From the NCBI RefSeq assembly GCF_009834535.1, contig NC_045697.1, positions 41,108,001-41,172,000 on the forward strand: 64,000 nucleotides of DNA, written 5' to 3'. The DNA comes from Camelus ferus (Eukaryota). Under the pieces are notes generated by a model. That model saw only the letters and a program-made list of their open reading frames with translations. It was not told where the DNA came from and did not search any database. This document shows, piece after piece, positions 57,901-64,000 of the stretch. Each line of letters opens with the position of its first letter. Position 1 is the first letter of the stretch. Position numbers and translations under genes: made by a program.

Positions 57901-60900
57901 TCTTCAAATTCCAATTCAAGTGCCACCGATCACGTACTCTAGCCTCTGATTCCCCCTTTCCTCTTGCAGTGTAGATTATAGGGATTGTACAATATAATCT
58001 GTCACTAAAACCATGACCCTCTGTTGCTTCATGTACGTTGGTCTTATCTTCCCAAACAGCGTGTCAGTTTACTGTGGGTAAAGAAGATGACTGAAACTTT
58101 AATAATATTTACATCAGACAGCCTAACAATAGGCACAAAATAGACAGTTCAGCAGGTATTGCTGACTGATCAGGGGTATTGTTTTCAAAATGAACATGAA
58201 GTTGAAATCTTGGCTTCATTTGTGACACCTTTATAAACTTGACTTAGTTGTTTGACATCTGTATACCTTATAATTTTCATCCTAAGCATGGAACATCTTT
58301 TAAAGTTTGTGGAAAAAATCATGCATGTACCTTGGAGTCATTTGACATAGTTTGCTTCTTACCAATATCCTGGGCATCTTGGTTGCTCTGTCTCGCTCTC
58401 ATCTGCAGCTGGAACTTATGCTGGGAAGAGCAGAGGTGCAGCAGGTACTGGCATGTCTTACTGTTGTCTGTCTGGAAGGCATGTTTTATTCCATCTGATG
58501 TATTTTGCAATGTGATTTTCTTTTTCTACAATATTAATTGGGGTATTAAAAGTTACTATATTATCCTATCACTTTATTACATGGCCAAATTTTATAAGCA
58601 ATAATTATTAAGTAGAGATATTATTTTTATTTCACATCATTAGGCGTGAATATTCCTTGACCTATATCTAATAGAAATATAGAAATACATAATTTTGTAT
58701 TATTACAAATTCAGAAAATACATGAAATTAATATTATTTGCTTAATACAAGTAATGTTATATTACTTTTAGAAATGGTAGCCTAAATTAGACTGTACAGA
58801 GTGTAACCAGCCACTAGCACGGGAAACAGTTTCCTTTAACTAGATTACTGATATTTTGAGTTTACTGCAATGTTTACAAACACCAAAACTGTTTGAAAAA
58901 GAAATTATAAGAAATACGTGCTCTACTTCCTTGGATAAAGAAAATGAAGTTCAACAAAAGCTGATGTATTAATACGTAGTAATAAGAGCTGTGGTTCAGT
59001 CAAGAAAAATCTTGGTGGCAAGAAAGCTAGGATACAAGTTGTGGGAAGTTAAGGAAAATGTTGGAATGTAGAGGCACCGGATAACGTGCCTGGGCTGAGA
59101 GATGAAACACATCAGTATTCCCTCCAAATTCAGGGAAAGGAGGCAAATGACAAATTAGTTTTATCTCCCTGTTTCTTTTTTTTCTTTTAAAAAATATTTT
59201 ATTTATTTATTATAGTATTATTTAATTATTTAACTTTGGTGGTGGTGGGAGGCAATTAGGTTTATTTATCTTTAGAGGACATACTGGGGATTGAACCCAG
59301 GACCTCAAGCATGCTACGCATGCGCTCTACCACTTGAGCTATACCCTCCCCCTTATCTCCCTGCTTCTTAAAAAACAAATGTCTCTTAGGAAGGGGACAC
59401 TCCAAAATATAGTGATCTATGTGGTAAGGCTTGCAGTGATCCATATACCTTAAAAGACTGGCATTCAACATGTCAGGGATCTAAGCCTAACATCCCTGAA
59501 GAATTGTTTAAGTCCAGTTAGATTCCACTGTAGCTCTGGCTTCTTCCACTGTGCAGATTATTCCCTCTGCTTCATATCTTTGTCTTCTATCAAACGCAGA
59601 AATAGGCACAGATAAGTCAGATTTGGCAGGCTCACAAAAAATACAGAGTATTACTCCAACTTCAATGATGCAAGTGCCATCTTCATAATTCCTGGTCTTG
59701 TTTATCTAAAAATTTTTGAACTGCTTAACTTCACTTGAAAAACTTAGCATCACAATTGGAAATAGAAAGCTAGTACCACTTGCCATAAATAGAATTCAGC
59801 CATAAAGATATGTAATCAATGCAATAAAAACAAAATAAGACTATTAAATCCTAGCTGGATGTTGTTACCAATGAAATCTCAGGGATGCTGTTCTCTTTTT
59901 GTCAAAAAAAGAAATCAGCAGGTATTAGAGAGGAGTTAAAGATATAGTAGCACCAAACAAGTATGGTGACTACCAGTAGTATACCTAGTAACTCTTCAAA
60001 TACTTGGAATTTTTTTCCTAACAAACATTGGACTTAACCACTGTAATTCTCAAGGATGTTGAACTCCACAGTTGTAAAGCTGTGCAAGTTTGAAACAAAT
60101 CACAAGGATAATTGATTCTAAGTGCTAACTGATGGACTGGACCAGGCATGTGCCTAAGGAAATTCAGTTCTAAGAGATAAGAAGGGTGAAGGGTGACCTT
60201 TCTATCTTCCCAGAGGCTAGTGGAGGAAAAAAGGAGGGTCAAAAAAGAGAGCTCTGTGTTAGAGAAAGAACTTCAGGATAAATAAGTACTGTTAAACAAG
60301 GGAATGGTTTGCATGGAAATATGTTCTAGTCTTTATTACTGAAGATCTTTACAAATGAGCTAATCACAGCTGATTCTATTTTTATAACAGGGCTGATGTG
60401 ATAGCTGGCAAATGATAGAGAGCTAAATGCTGAATGGTTATTTGATTTGCTGCCTTTTCACAGTTGGTCCAAATTAGATTTGCATTTAATTAACCTAAGG
60501 TTTCCTCTAAGCACTTGCTCTGCTGGCACTTCCAATGGGGAGCTAAGTTAAACCTAGATCATTTCCTGGTCTTGACAATCTTCGGAAAATAAGGATGGTC
60601 TGGGTTTTCCTGAGAGAACACATTATTATCTGGTAATCTTAGTGGGACTACTGGGTTTTATAGGAAACCAGCCAACTAACTATCAGGCCTAGAACTGATT
60701 TCAAAGGTCTCTAGGTTGAAGATTATCCAGGGTCAGTTAGGACCTTGATATTATATCCTTATAAACATTGTTCTAGTGAGACCAGACTTCAGCCCAAATA
60801 TAAACTAAAGATGTCCGTAGTCCCTGAATACCATTAGAAAAACAATTACCTGAACATATTTTTGATTTACCTCTGGGGTTTGCCAACTACCCTTCAATGT

Positions 60901-61688
60901 TCAGATTTTCCAACTATGTCCAAAATCAAAATATGCCTTTATAGTTCACTGTCTTTCATAAACATGATTTTCTAAAAAAATCGCTTTTCTAACTTTATCA
61001 CCATAGATAGTATACACTAAAACTTAAAAGTGTAAAAAGTCCTGTGGCTACTTCATAAAATCCAATAAATTTCTGAACCACTGAGATTCAAATACAGTTG
61101 CTGTTAAGGACCTATTACTGAGCTAGACAAAGTTCACTGGGATTAAGATAATTATCAATCTTAAATACATTAGATGGTTTTCTCCATGTGAGAAGCATTT
61201 GTACCCTAGAATAAGTTCTGAATTAACAGAGAAGTCAACTCAGTTGTAATTTAACTAAAGTTAATGGTGCATATAACCAGCTAACCATTCTTCTAAAAAT
61301 CACCTCCTGAGAAAACCCAAAGCAAATAAAATTGCAATAATACTTCCTACAACTAAGAAAGGAGAGTTAAATAGTATTAAGACATATAAGCCCTACTGAA
61401 TGCTAGGGTCTAAAGGTCACTTAAGGAAAGTCAATTAATATGTTACATTTGAAATTGACAACAACTATTTAAATGTAGAATCAAAAGAGGTTAAAATGGA
61501 CATACGGAAAAAGAAATCTTCTTGGTTTCCCTCCATGGAAAGCGAAGGACCAAAGTGCGAACTCCATTGTGTACCTCAAACACAAGGACACCTTTACAAC
61601 AGACTCCAAGCAGTATTCCCGTTTGCGACTTTTTCTCAGGGTGCACTCGGTGAAAATGAACTCCGTATTCTGTCAGTCTTTGGCAGAC
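732..61688 (-). CDS. PTPN13: Protein tyrosine phosphatase non-receptor type 13, partial multi-exon CDS (31 exons; FERM C-lobe, PDZ1-5, PTP domain); gene continues beyond both window edges
   Basis: Exon translations match the PTPN13 domain order; every exon is bounded by AG and GT/GC; phases chain without a break over 4989 nt; catalytic [10 protein letters not shown] present. Confidence 0.98.
1230..1605 (+). mobile_element. L2 fragment
   Basis: cagggcctttgcacttgctc...gtaagctctctgaggtcagggatt. Confidence 0.6.
2383..2720 (-). CDS. PTPN13: PTPN13 exon, PTP domain (YDATRVPLG...YINAS...QGPLP...FWQMIW...LEDIQ), 338 nt
   Basis: ttcacag|AC acceptor, CAG|gtacgt donor; classical PTP motifs. Confidence 0.97.
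4434..4524 (-). CDS. PTPN13: PTPN13 exon, PTP domain pTyr loop ([10 protein letters not shown]...KNRYKNILP), 91 nt
   Basis: cttacag|AAT acceptor, CCT|gtaagt donor. Confidence 0.95.
4736..4888 (-). mobile_element. tRNA-derived SINE (Vic-1-like)
   Basis: A-box head, (TAAA)n/cctaattacc tail; TSD tgttgcaa(a/g)tatctt at 4721-4735 and 4889-4903. Confidence 0.85.
5160..5480 (-). mobile_element. L2 3' fragment with (GCCA)n-modified tail
   Basis: caacaaacatatattga...gcctactatatgcaaggcactg...ctgggaatacaccagtga. Confidence 0.65.
6184..6332 (-). CDS. PTPN13: PTPN13 exon preceding the PTP core ([10 protein letters not shown]...GIPSKELE), 149 nt
   Basis: ttgtcag|AT acceptor, GAG|gtaagg donor. Confidence 0.94.
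7493..7501 (+). promoter_or_regulatory. YY1 site at the 5' end of the L1 internal promoter
   Basis: AAGATGGCG about 10 nt inside the L1 start, the canonical position. Confidence 0.7.
8625..9512 (+). pseudogene. Frameshifted L1 ORF1 (coiled coil, RRM, CTD)
   Basis: ORF pieces MKKQRN...[14 protein letters not shown] and [25 protein letters not shown]...ILYPARLSF, typical of L1 ORF1p. Confidence 0.9.
9656..10025 (+). pseudogene. L1 ORF2 C-terminal remnant
   Basis: [20 protein letters not shown]...[11 protein letters not shown]...SLICGI*. Confidence 0.9.
10710..10813 (-). CDS. PTPN13: PTPN13 exon ([35 protein letters not shown]), 104 nt, ends at a GC donor
   Basis: gtcatag|C acceptor, AAG|gcaaga donor; phase 1 matches the next exon. 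Confidence 0.9.
12923..12978 (-). CDS. PTPN13: PTPN13 exon ([18 protein letters not shown]), 56 nt
   Basis: ttgtag|TCT acceptor, AAG|gtaaga donor. Confidence 0.92.
13889..14947. repeat. Local direct duplication: 13889-13958 and 14879-14947 (61 of 70 aligned positions identical), with weaker similarity extending about 30 bp to the left
   Basis: Manual alignment taattaagtta...gaggaagaaaa. Confidence 0.85.
15200..15867 (+). mobile_element. TcMar-Tigger non-autonomous DNA transposon (MER44/Tigger7-like)
   Basis: TIRs cagtagtcccc...ggggactactg; TA on the left flank; internal CENP-B-like transposase remnant (ORF 15331..15531). Confidence 0.8.
16953..17320 (+). mobile_element. MaLR solo LTR (MLT1A/B-like)
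   Basis: tgttatggactga...gttgaagccctaacccccaatgtg...ttggacttccagcctccagaactgtg. Confidence 0.8.
18605..18741 (-). mobile_element. tRNA-derived SINE (Vic-1-like)
   Basis: tagctcactggtagaatgc...ggttcaatcc A and B boxes on the minus strand; ends approximate. Confidence 0.85.
19572..19660 (-). CDS. PTPN13: PTPN13 exon ([30 protein letters not shown]), 89 nt
   Basis: tttcccag|GT acceptor, GAG|gtaaga donor. Confidence 0.92.
19760..19885 (-). CDS. PTPN13: PTPN13 exon ([42 protein letters not shown]), 126 nt
   Basis: tttttcaag|AA acceptor, CAG|gtagat donor. Confidence 0.9.
20599..20692 (-). CDS. PTPN13: PTPN13 exon ([31 protein letters not shown]), 94 nt
   Basis: actttag|GTT acceptor, AAG|gtagtc donor. 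Confidence 0.9.
23232..23293 (-). CDS. PTPN13: PTPN13 exon ([21 protein letters not shown]), 62 nt
   Basis: ttccttcag|GT acceptor, AAG|gtaagt donor. Confidence 0.9.
23955..24445 (-). mobile_element. Ancient L1M 3' fragment
   Basis: ccctggcaaccactgatctg...ctttcattcagcat...aaactgttttccaaaatggttg. Confidence 0.75.
24940..25110 (+). mobile_element. MIR SINE
   Basis: ttgggcaagttatcac...cctcagtttcc...tcatagggttgttgtgaggatt core. Confidence 0.75.
25667..25737 (-). CDS. PTPN13: PTPN13 exon ([23 protein letters not shown]), 71 nt, phase 2-1
   Basis: aacacag|A acceptor, ATG|gtaagg donor. Confidence 0.9.
26321..26806 (+). mobile_element. Ancient ERVL-type solo LTR (LTR40-like)
   Basis: TG...CA ends; 3' signature tctctggtctctgatcc...agcttgtaagcagggtaaaa...cagttcttgaca. 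Confidence 0.6.
27400..27875 (+). mobile_element. MaLR solo LTR (MLT1D-like)
   Basis: tgtggtagg...atgttaccttgcatggcaaaagggattttgcag...ttttaagccactaaatttg...aaactaataga. Confidence 0.8.
28375..28585 (-). CDS. PTPN13: PTPN13 exon, PDZ5 (GFSLSGGHD...VVLKAT), 211 nt
   Basis: ccctgaag|GT acceptor, AAG|gtactc donor. Confidence 0.94.
28686..28857 (-). CDS. PTPN13: PTPN13 exon, PDZ4 end and PDZ5 start ([15 protein letters not shown]...CNKEEL), 172 nt
   Basis: tttgtag|GTT acceptor, TGG|gtaatg donor. Confidence 0.95.
29356..29514 (-). CDS. PTPN13: PTPN13 exon, PDZ4 ([23 protein letters not shown]...GDRLIK), 159 nt
   Basis: cccttag|GAG acceptor, AAG|gtgaga donor; read manually. Confidence 0.95.
30023..30054. 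repeat. (CA)n microsatellite, interrupted
   Basis: cacacattcacacacacacacatacacacaca. Confidence 0.8.
30420..30590 (-). mobile_element. MIR SINE
   Basis: tcatttaatcctcaccacaatcctatgagg...aagtaatttgccca. Confidence 0.7.
30770..30953 (-). CDS. PTPN13: PTPN13 exon, linker (SAPPSPRPP...NHLEDFEL), 184 nt
   Basis: ctccatag|T acceptor, CTC|gtgagt donor. Confidence 0.9.
31892..32256 (-). CDS. PTPN13: PTPN13 exon, PDZ3-PDZ4 linker (TPLHSPAQ...NKPEPED), 365 nt
   Basis: ttccag|ACC acceptor, CAG|gtattg donor. Confidence 0.92.
33250..33383 (-). mobile_element. tRNA-derived SINE (Vic-1-like)
   Basis: tatagctcaagtggtagagtgc...gggttcaatcccc on the minus strand; ends approximate. Confidence 0.85.
33772..33870 (-). 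CDS. PTPN13: PTPN13 exon, end of PDZ3 (EVISALRGT...EIDPALL), 99 nt
   Basis: cccccag|GAA acceptor, CTG|gtgaga donor. Confidence 0.94.
33984..34198 (-). CDS. PTPN13: PTPN13 exon, PDZ3 ([19 protein letters not shown]...LKGLSQQ), 215 nt
   Basis: ttctccag|AG acceptor, CAG|gtgagc donor; GLGF loop. Confidence 0.95.
35113..35255 (+). mobile_element. tRNA-derived SINE (Vic-1-like), diverged
   Basis: gatataggtcagtgg...ggttcaatc...aataaataaa; ends approximate. Confidence 0.8.
35406..35568 (-). CDS. PTPN13: PTPN13 exon, end of PDZ2 and linker ([10 protein letters not shown]...DYSFVTE), 163 nt
   Basis: tgtccag|GTG acceptor, AAG|gtcaga donor. Confidence 0.93.
36262..36347 (-). CDS. PTPN13: PTPN13 exon, PDZ2 ([29 protein letters not shown]), 86 nt
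   Basis: tttatag|GT acceptor, CAG|gtaata donor. Confidence 0.95.
36955..37048 (-). CDS. PTPN13: PTPN13 exon, PDZ2 ([31 protein letters not shown]), 94 nt
   Basis: cacttag|GGA acceptor, AAG|gtagag donor. Confidence 0.95.
38142..38288 (-). CDS. PTPN13: PTPN13 exon, start of PDZ2 (ESSSSMN...SLGISVT[VLFDK]); alternative ends at 38157 (132 nt) or 38142 (147 nt)
   Basis: ttgttaag|GAA acceptor; donors ACG|gtactg and AAG|gttttc 15 nt apart. Confidence 0.93.
39310..39773 (-). CDS. PTPN13: PTPN13 exon, PDZ1-PDZ2 linker (VPSTPVR...QDHHTLKK), 464 nt, ends at a GC donor
   Basis: tttttag|TG acceptor; AAG|gcatcg is the junction that keeps the frame to the next exon. Confidence 0.88.
41153..41284 (-). CDS. 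PTPN13: PTPN13 exon, end of PDZ1 ([44 protein letters not shown]), 132 nt
   Basis: ttacag|GA acceptor, AAG|gtaatg donor. Confidence 0.95.
41454..41561 (-). CDS. PTPN13: PTPN13 exon, PDZ1 (GFQIIGGEK...DGCLKP), 108 nt
   Basis: tttcacag|GA acceptor, CAG|gtactt donor. Confidence 0.95.
41596..41961 (+). mobile_element. 5'-truncated L1 3'UTR with poly(A), interrupted by a younger L1 fragment
   Basis: TSD aaaaagatcttc(acg/gtg) at 41581-41595 and 41962-41976; AATAAA followed by an A run. Confidence 0.85.
41744..41867 (+). mobile_element. Short 3' end of the young L1 family, nested in the element above
   Basis: Near-identical to about 10205-10330; TSD aaaaatt(a/g)tgaatca at 41729-41743 and 41868-41882. 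Confidence 0.9.
42251..42340 (-). CDS. PTPN13: PTPN13 exon, start of PDZ1 ([30 protein letters not shown]), 90 nt
   Basis: caatag|AT acceptor, TAG|gtaagt donor. Confidence 0.95.
42747..42865 (+). mobile_element. tRNA-derived SINE (Vic-1-like), B box lost
   Basis: ggggagggtatagctcagtggtagag head; TSD aagaatt(t/c)cccact at 42733-42746 and 42866-42879. Confidence 0.85.
43368..43397. repeat. (CA)n microsatellite, interrupted
   Basis: acacacacacacagacacacacacacacac. Confidence 0.85.
43427..43705 (+). mobile_element. MaLR LTR fragment (MLT1-like)
   Basis: gaagccctaac...aatgaggtc...gggcctaatgcaatatgactggtgtccttataagaagagg. Confidence 0.75.
46010..49457 (+). mobile_element. Older degenerate L1: ORF2 (EN C-terminal part, RT, C-domain) with a probable 5'UTR fragment; no 3'UTR or poly(A)
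   Basis: Broken ORF2 peptides ([50 protein letters not shown], gcagatgac RT core); internal (AAC)n/(AAAAC)n expansions. Confidence 0.9.
50040..50262 (+). mobile_element. MIR SINE
   Basis: ctctgtgc...ttctcatttgtgaaa...cctcataggatcgttgtg...ggcacacagtaagcactcaata. Confidence 0.75.
51594..51650 (-). CDS. PTPN13: PTPN13 57-nt symmetric cassette exon ([19 protein letters not shown]), phase 1-1
   Basis: accacag|GA acceptor, ATG|gtaggt donor; resembles the alternatively spliced 19-aa segment of human PTPN13. Confidence 0.9.
53231..53328 (-). CDS. PTPN13: PTPN13 exon ([32 protein letters not shown]), 98 nt, phase 2-1
   Basis: ctctttag|T acceptor, TAG|gtcagc donor; read manually, not in ORF track. 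Confidence 0.92.
53481..53898 (-). CDS. PTPN13: PTPN13 exon, FERM-PDZ1 linker ([13 protein letters not shown]...GFTKLN), 418 nt, phase 1-2
   Basis: ttgtag|AG acceptor, TAA|gtaaga donor; overlaps ORF 53477..53842. Confidence 0.93.
54442..54614 (+). mobile_element. Short L1M 3' end with A-rich tail
   Basis: gtgaatatacttaaaatcactgaatt...tcaataaa; flanking repeat ttatggca(g/a)att at 54430-54441 and 54615-54626. Confidence 0.7.
56660..56890 (-). mobile_element. MIR SINE
   Basis: tatttattcaatacttattctgtgccagg...ttacagatggggatctaaggcagagag. Confidence 0.7.
57170..57342. mobile_element. hAT-Charlie MITE (MER5-like)
   Basis: ttaaaatgcagattcc...ggaatcttcatttttaataag...gattctga...tgagaaac. Confidence 0.6.
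58363..58525 (-). CDS. PTPN13: PTPN13 exon, end of FERM ([12 protein letters not shown]...QDAQDI), 163 nt, phase 0-1
   Basis: tgtag|AAA acceptor, TTG|gtaaga donor. Confidence 0.95.
59178..59352 (-). mobile_element. tRNA-derived SINE (Vic-1-like)
   Basis: Intact A and B boxes; TSD ttatctccctg(t/c)ttctt at 59161-59177 and 59353-59369. Confidence 0.88.
61506..61688 (-). CDS. PTPN13: PTPN13 exon, FERM C-lobe ([12 protein letters not shown]...[10 protein letters not shown]), 183 nt, phase 0-0
   Basis: ccaacag|GTC acceptor, TCC|gtatgt donor. Confidence 0.95.
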
Positions 61689-61769
61689 CTGTTGGAACAA
61701 TACCATAACATAGCAATGCACCATGGCAAAAGATGACTTAAAGATACAGAAATTGTATCAGTGTCATCT

Positions 61770-63230
61770 AATATGGAAAGGGTAATCTTTTAAACAAATG
61801 TTGCTGGAACAACTAGATATTCACATGCCAAGAAAATGAATCTTGACCCTTACTTTGCCCACTATATAAAAATTACCCCCAAAAGGATAACAGACTTAAA
61901 TACAGGAGCTAAAAATTATAAAATATAGAAAATCTTTATGACTGTGGGTTAGACAAAGATTTCTTAGATGGGACATAAAAAATGTGAACCACAGAAGAAA
62001 AAACTGAAACTACATTAACACTAGAAACTTTTTCTCTTCAAAAGTCAGTGATAGGAAAACCTAAAGGCAAGCCACAGACTGGGAGATAAATACATATAAA
62101 ATATACATTGGATAAAGGAATAACATCTAGAATATATAAAGAACACGTACTTCTCAAAAAAAAAAAAAGAAGTCACATAATCATACACAAAAATGGGCAA
62201 CAGATGTCATTAGATACTTCAACAAAGGAGATATATGAATGGTAAATAAATACCTGAAAAGATGCTCAAAATAATAGTAATTAGGGAAACATAGATTAAA
62301 AACCACAATGATATATTACTACTTACCTATTTCAATAGCTAAAGTGAAAAAAAAAAAACAAAAACAAAAACCAGATCAAGTGTTGTTAAGGATGTAAAGC
62401 AACTGGAAATCTCACATTACTGGTGGTACTGTAAAATTGTACAACCACTTGAGAACAACTTGGCAGTTTCTTAGAAAGTTAAACACACACTTACCATAGA
62501 TCCCAGCAAACCTAATGGTAGTTATCTACTCAAGTTATCTACTCTCTCTCAAGAGACAGAAAAACTGTATGTTCATGCAAAAATGTGCATTTGACTGTTT
62601 ACAGAAGCTTTATGTCCATCAACTAAAGAAAAAATAAACAAATCGGTGCATACCTGTACAAAAGAAAACTACTCAGCCATAAAAAAGAAACTATTATACA
62701 TAGCACGCCATGGATGAATCTCAAAAGTATTATTCTAAGTGAAAAGAGCCAGACACGAAGACTCTCAAATATATGATTCTTTAACTGAAACTCTAGAGAA
62801 GAAAAAACTATGGTGATAGAAAGCAGATCTGAGGTTGTCAGAGGTTAGGAGTCGGGGGAGGGGACTGACTGGAAAGGGACATGAGGGAACTTTCTGGTGT
62901 TGGAAATACGCTACATCAGGGGTTGGCAAACTCCTTAGTAAATATTTTAGGCTTTGGGGGTCATATGATCTCTGCTGTAACTACTTAACTTTGCTGTTGT
63001 AGTAAAGTAGTCAAGTAAAAGTAAATATAGACAATATGGAAACAAATGAACATGGTCAAGCTCCAATAAAACTTTATTTACAAAATAGGTAGGCCACAGT
63101 TTTGAAACCTTACTCTTTATAATACTTGTGGAGGTGGTTGCCAACTGATTGTATATTTTTAAAACTCACTGAATTGAACATTTAAAAGTGGTGAATTTTA
63201 TAGTGTGTAAACTATACCTCAATAAAGCAG
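61770..63230 (+). mobile_element. Ancient L1M (ORF2 3' part and 3'UTR) interrupted by a MER58-like element
   Basis: aacaaatgttgctggaacaactagat...ggatgaatctcaaaagtattattctaagtgaaaagagccagac...aactatacctcaataaag. Confidence 0.8.
62917..63112 (+). mobile_element. hAT-Charlie MITE (MER58-like)
   Basis: caggggttggcaaac...gtaaatattttaggcttt...ccaataaaactttatttacaaaa. Confidence 0.75.
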
Positions 63231-64000
63231 ATTTACAAAAAGATACAAAAATTTTTCAAAGGCTGTATGATATATAGCAGAAGGGTAACCTTTGAAAGAT
63301 GTATTAATGAGGTTAAAGAAAAATTCTCAGGTTTGAAGAAAGATGCTAAGGCTAAAGAGAAAAGGAGTAACAGGACACATCATTAGAAGGAGAGGGACAG
63401 CCTACTGTGCATTAAGCACGGTACCTAAAGGAGGAAGATTGAAGCTCAGAGAGGTTAAGTTCATTGTCCAAGTTCCGCCAGCTGGTTGAAACAAGAATTC
63501 AAATGCAAGACTGACTGAAAATTTCCATGCAAATTCTTTCTACTGTGTTAGTCTGCTGTTTACCTTTATTAATAAAAATATAACTTGCTATTTACTTCCT
63601 ACAAGTATAAAAGTGTAATAACTGAGGGAAAAAAAGCACATAATTTAATGTCTTTAAATGCAAGCTCAGACAAAACAAACCACCTTGCCTTTCCCACCAT
63701 GAATCCTAGATTACAGGTGGTTTAAGTCTGTGAATGAAACCCCTTCATAGATATTTGCAGGGCTGGGAAACTTGGCTCCCTTCAATATAGAACAGCAAAT
63801 TTAAGGCATACTCTTGTTACGTCCTGGAAAGAAGAGAATGGTCTGAAGTTTCTCTTCTCAACAGAATATTATCTTATTTTTGCTATTCACACTGGAAGTT
63901 TACATAATACTACTTTTTTCTGATCATAAATGCACTCTTATTTATCTTAGGTCTCACAGGAAGCTGGTGGCAGAACTGGAACTATAAATCAATTTTCCTA

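Noticed and set aside
1..64000. Prokaryote-type systems (CRISPR arrays, operons, defence islands) and a second protein-coding gene
   Set aside because: No regularly spaced repeat-spacer array; the remaining short ORFs are AT-rich noise or transposon fragments within PTPN13 introns.

Overview
Mammalian genomic DNA, AT-rich and repeat-dense. It is most likely camelid, inferred from six copies of a Vic-1-like tRNA-derived SINE and a young L1 family. The whole window lies inside one minus-strand gene, PTPN13 (PTPL1/FAP-1/PTP-BAS). I traced 31 coding exons from 61688 down to 732 (4989 nt, 1663 codons, all splice phases consistent). They encode the FERM C-lobe, PDZ1-PDZ5 and most of the tyrosine-phosphatase domain (KNRY, WPD and [10 protein letters not shown] motifs intact). 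The gene start and the final exons lie outside the window. Two introns use GC donors, and the known PDZ2 VLFDK alternative donor and a 57-nt cassette exon are present. The introns hold L1, L2, MIR, MaLR/ERVL LTR and DNA-transposon relics. The most unusual items are: (1) a 2.85-kb TSD-flanked L1 with 5'UTR, ORF1 and 3' end but almost no ORF2, joined at a splice-like AG; (2) a tailless L1 that appears to lack ORF1; (3) a duplicated intronic unit resembling a 42-nt in-frame exon plus its dead copy; (4) a candidate 88-nt poison or alternative-start exon upstream of PDZ1. Repeat family names come from pattern recognition, not from a database search.
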